Shown in pieces: positions 63,475-64,000 of a stretch of 64,000 nt of DNA. The position numbers and the translations under genes are program-made. The stretch lies in NCBI GenBank assembly GCA_965153285.1, contig OZ229111.1; one strand, given 5' to 3'. The DNA comes from Podarcis tiliguerta (lineage: Eukaryota). Position 1 is the first letter of the stretch; every line of letters begins with the position of its first letter. The notes beneath the pieces are model-generated. The model was not told where the DNA came from. It saw only the letters and a list, made by a program, of their open reading frames with translations, and did no database searches.

Positions 63475-63761
63475 ATGATGGCATACCACATAACTTTAAT
63501 TTGTTATAATTCTGTAGAACTGCTGCTTAACCGCATAAACAATGTAACGTGAGATCAGTTAAACAGTGCATAAGAACCTTACCTCTACTTCCTGCATAGC
63601 CTGGATTTGAACTCCACACTTTTGCCCTCTTTCTTTAAGATCCTTCTCAAAAGGGTCCATCAAAATAATGAATTTCAAGCCTGGAGTTTGTTTTTTCTCT
63701 ACATTTTCTAAGAGGATTCTGGCTTTTTCGGGCTTATCACAAACTACTATAGAAATATCAG
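36835..63761 (-). CDS. ACSL6: ACSL6 long-chain fatty-acid-CoA ligase 6, 3' part (about 505 aa in window; 5' exons outside the window)
   Basis: Spliced exons encode FTSGTTGNPKG (AMP-binding P-loop), YGQTE, GWLHTGD, IIDRKK and LLTPTLK; the F-gate ([14 protein letters not shown]) and Y-gate (SQWSPT...ISY) exon pair matches ACSL6. Confidence 0.96.
39103..39174 (-). CDS. ACSL6: ACSL6 exon ([24 protein letters not shown])
   Basis: 72 nt; GT-AG boundaries. Confidence 0.94.
40505..40685 (-). mobile_element. Squam3-type SINE
   Basis: Degenerate family body and tRNA head on the reverse strand. Confidence 0.55.
41688..41789 (-). CDS. ACSL6: ACSL6 exon ([22 protein letters not shown]...LCKNA)
   Basis: 102 nt; GT-AG boundaries. 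Confidence 0.94.
41979..42011. repeat. (GT)n microsatellite
   Basis: Direct observation. Confidence 0.9.
42557..42700 (-). CDS. ACSL6: ACSL6 exon ([28 protein letters not shown]...HGDSLQ)
   Basis: 144 nt; GT-AG boundaries. Confidence 0.95.
42990..43565 (-). mobile_element. Solo-LTR-like element related to 48115-48699, in opposite orientation
   Basis: Reverse strand cccaatgcct...accaatagttgtagcctgtttaaatccc matches cccaatgcct...accaataaagttgtggcctgttttatccc in the 48.1-kb copy. Confidence 0.6.
43697..43813 (-). CDS. ACSL6: ACSL6 exon ([15 protein letters not shown]...[13 protein letters not shown])
   Basis: 117 nt; FACS signature; donor gtacgt. Confidence 0.95.
45479..45567 (-). CDS. ACSL6: ACSL6 exon ([30 protein letters not shown])
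   Basis: 89 nt; GT-AG boundaries. Confidence 0.94.
46682..46754 (-). CDS. ACSL6: ACSL6 exon ([24 protein letters not shown])
   Basis: 73 nt; YGQTE motif. Confidence 0.95.
47794..47889 (-). CDS. ACSL6: ACSL6 exon ([32 protein letters not shown])
   Basis: 96 nt; GT-AG boundaries. Confidence 0.95.
48115..48699 (+). mobile_element. Solo LTR (LTR retrotransposon/ERV)
   Basis: TGTTG...TAACA ends, CCAAT box, TATA-like atttaag and an AATAAA signal; TSD not evident. Confidence 0.65.
48697..48726. repeat. (CA)n microsatellite
   Basis: Direct observation. Confidence 0.9.
50032..50166 (-). CDS. ACSL6: ACSL6 exon ([18 protein letters not shown]...FFNKIQ)
   Basis: 135 nt; GT-AG boundaries. Confidence 0.94.
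52126..52260 (-). CDS. ACSL6: ACSL6 exon ([20 protein letters not shown]...RMYDK)
   Basis: 135 nt; GT-AG boundaries. Confidence 0.95.
52420..52875 (+). mobile_element. Possible solo LTR
   Basis: TGTTA...TACA ends with internal tttaaaa and AATAAA. Confidence 0.35.
53663..53798. mobile_element. Palindromic hAT MITE
   Basis: TIR CAGGTATAGGCAAACTC / GAGTTTGCCTATGCCTG; near-identical 8-bp TSD CCTCAGGC / CTTCAGGC. Confidence 0.85.
54178..54255 (-). CDS. ACSL6: ACSL6 mutually exclusive Y-gate exon ([26 protein letters not shown])
   Basis: 78 nt, phase 0-0; paralogous to the F-gate exon; acceptor ttttccag, donor gtaagg. Confidence 0.95.
54319..54396 (-). CDS. ACSL6: ACSL6 mutually exclusive F-gate exon ([26 protein letters not shown])
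   Basis: 78 nt, phase 0-0; acceptor ctgcag, donor gtaaga. Confidence 0.95.
54855..54988 (-). mobile_element. Squam3-type SINE (5' part)
   Basis: Reverse strand GTAGCCGAGTGGTGCAGGAC...TGCATGCAAAAGGTCCTCAGTTCAATTCCC. Confidence 0.7.
55160..55348 (+). mobile_element. Squam3-type SINE, full length
   Basis: CTATGGCTCAGTG...CCAGGTCCAATCCCTGG...CTGGAGAGCTGCTGCCAGTCAG...ATAAGACAGCTTCCTATGTTC. Confidence 0.8.
57302..57375 (-). CDS. ACSL6: ACSL6 exon ([25 protein letters not shown])
   Basis: 74 nt; second half of the P-loop. Confidence 0.95.
58592..59331 (+). repeat. Local dispersed duplication of about 215 bp (58592-58807 and 59117-59331)
   Basis: Direct comparison shows near-identity with about 5 substitutions. 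Confidence 0.92.
59040..59417 (-). mobile_element. 5S-rRNA-derived SINE interrupted by the duplicated segment
   Basis: Reverse of 59341-59417 reads GAAGCTAAGCAAGTCCAGCTCTGGTCAGTGCCTGGCTGGGTGATC, similar to the 5S internal control region; A-rich tail at 59040-59116. Confidence 0.55.
59965..60393 (+). mobile_element. L2 LINE 3' end with (AAT)n tail
   Basis: ORF 59995-60282 [20 protein letters not shown]...[13 protein letters not shown] is the L2 ORF2 C-terminus; followed by 3' UTR and (AAT)n. Confidence 0.88.
61558..61609 (-). CDS. ACSL6: ACSL6 exon ([17 protein letters not shown])
   Basis: 52 nt; first half of the P-loop. Confidence 0.95.
62975..63007 (-). CDS. ACSL6: ACSL6 exon ([11 protein letters not shown])
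   Basis: 33 nt; acceptor cctttcag, donor gtgagt. Confidence 0.9.
63439..63472. repeat. (CA)n microsatellite
   Basis: Direct observation. Confidence 0.9.
63583..63761 (-). CDS. ACSL6: ACSL6 exon ([14 protein letters not shown]...QAMQEVE)
   Basis: 179 nt; acceptor gtgtttag, donor GAG|gtaagg. Confidence 0.93.
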
Positions 63762-63829
63762 CTAAACACACAAAGAAACAAACAGAAAATTGTAGTGCAG
63801 TGTCAACACATTTCTCTTTTTAAAAAATC

Positions 63830-64000
63830 ATAATCCGCCCTCCATTGAAATTTGTCACTGACCGTTATACAAAGAGATATAGGAATGCAGAGGAGCCTTT
63901 TCTGTGGTGGCCTCCCATCTGTGAAAAACCCTCCCACCCTTTACAGGAAGAAGCAGGACCAACATTGTTATCATTTCAATGCACAGCTTAAGGTTTATTC
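63830..64000 (+). mobile_element. Degenerate L2 LINE 3' fragment
   Basis: gccttttctgtggtggcctcccatctgtgaaaaaccctcccacc corresponds to the FSVVAP.LW..LP motif. Confidence 0.55.

Overview
Vertebrate genomic DNA, most likely a lacertid lizard judging by the Squam/Sauria/POM-type SINEs, CR1/L2 LINEs and many short hAT/Tc-type MITEs. The window holds two spliced minus-strand genes that the ORF track mostly misses. (1) The 3' part of ACSL6 (long-chain acyl-CoA synthetase 6): 16 exons from 63761 to the stop at 36835, including the two mutually exclusive 78-nt 'gate' exons (F-gate 54319-54396, Y-gate 54178-54255). Its 5' exons lie beyond the right edge. (2) A complete, intact MEIKIN (meiosis-specific kinetochore protein) orthologue, assembled by hand into 13 phase-consistent GT-AG coding exons (22727 to 6229; 1209 nt, 402 aa). 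The ACSL6-MEIKIN order matches mammalian synteny. The most interesting signals are a candidate RNA-structure and RNA-binding-protein switch around the ACSL6 gate exons and the altered short-motif content of lizard MEIKIN. The switch comprises a 63-nt inter-exon intron with a branch point too close to the donor, a long-range duplex over the F-gate 3' splice site, a GC hairpin, distal branch points and QKI-type motifs. MEIKIN keeps the separase ExxR site, the CENP-C-binding tail and an LxxIxE motif, but has no S-T-P Polo-box sites and carries an RVxF motif next to a poly-Ser tract. Comparisons with human proteins are from memory, not from a database search.
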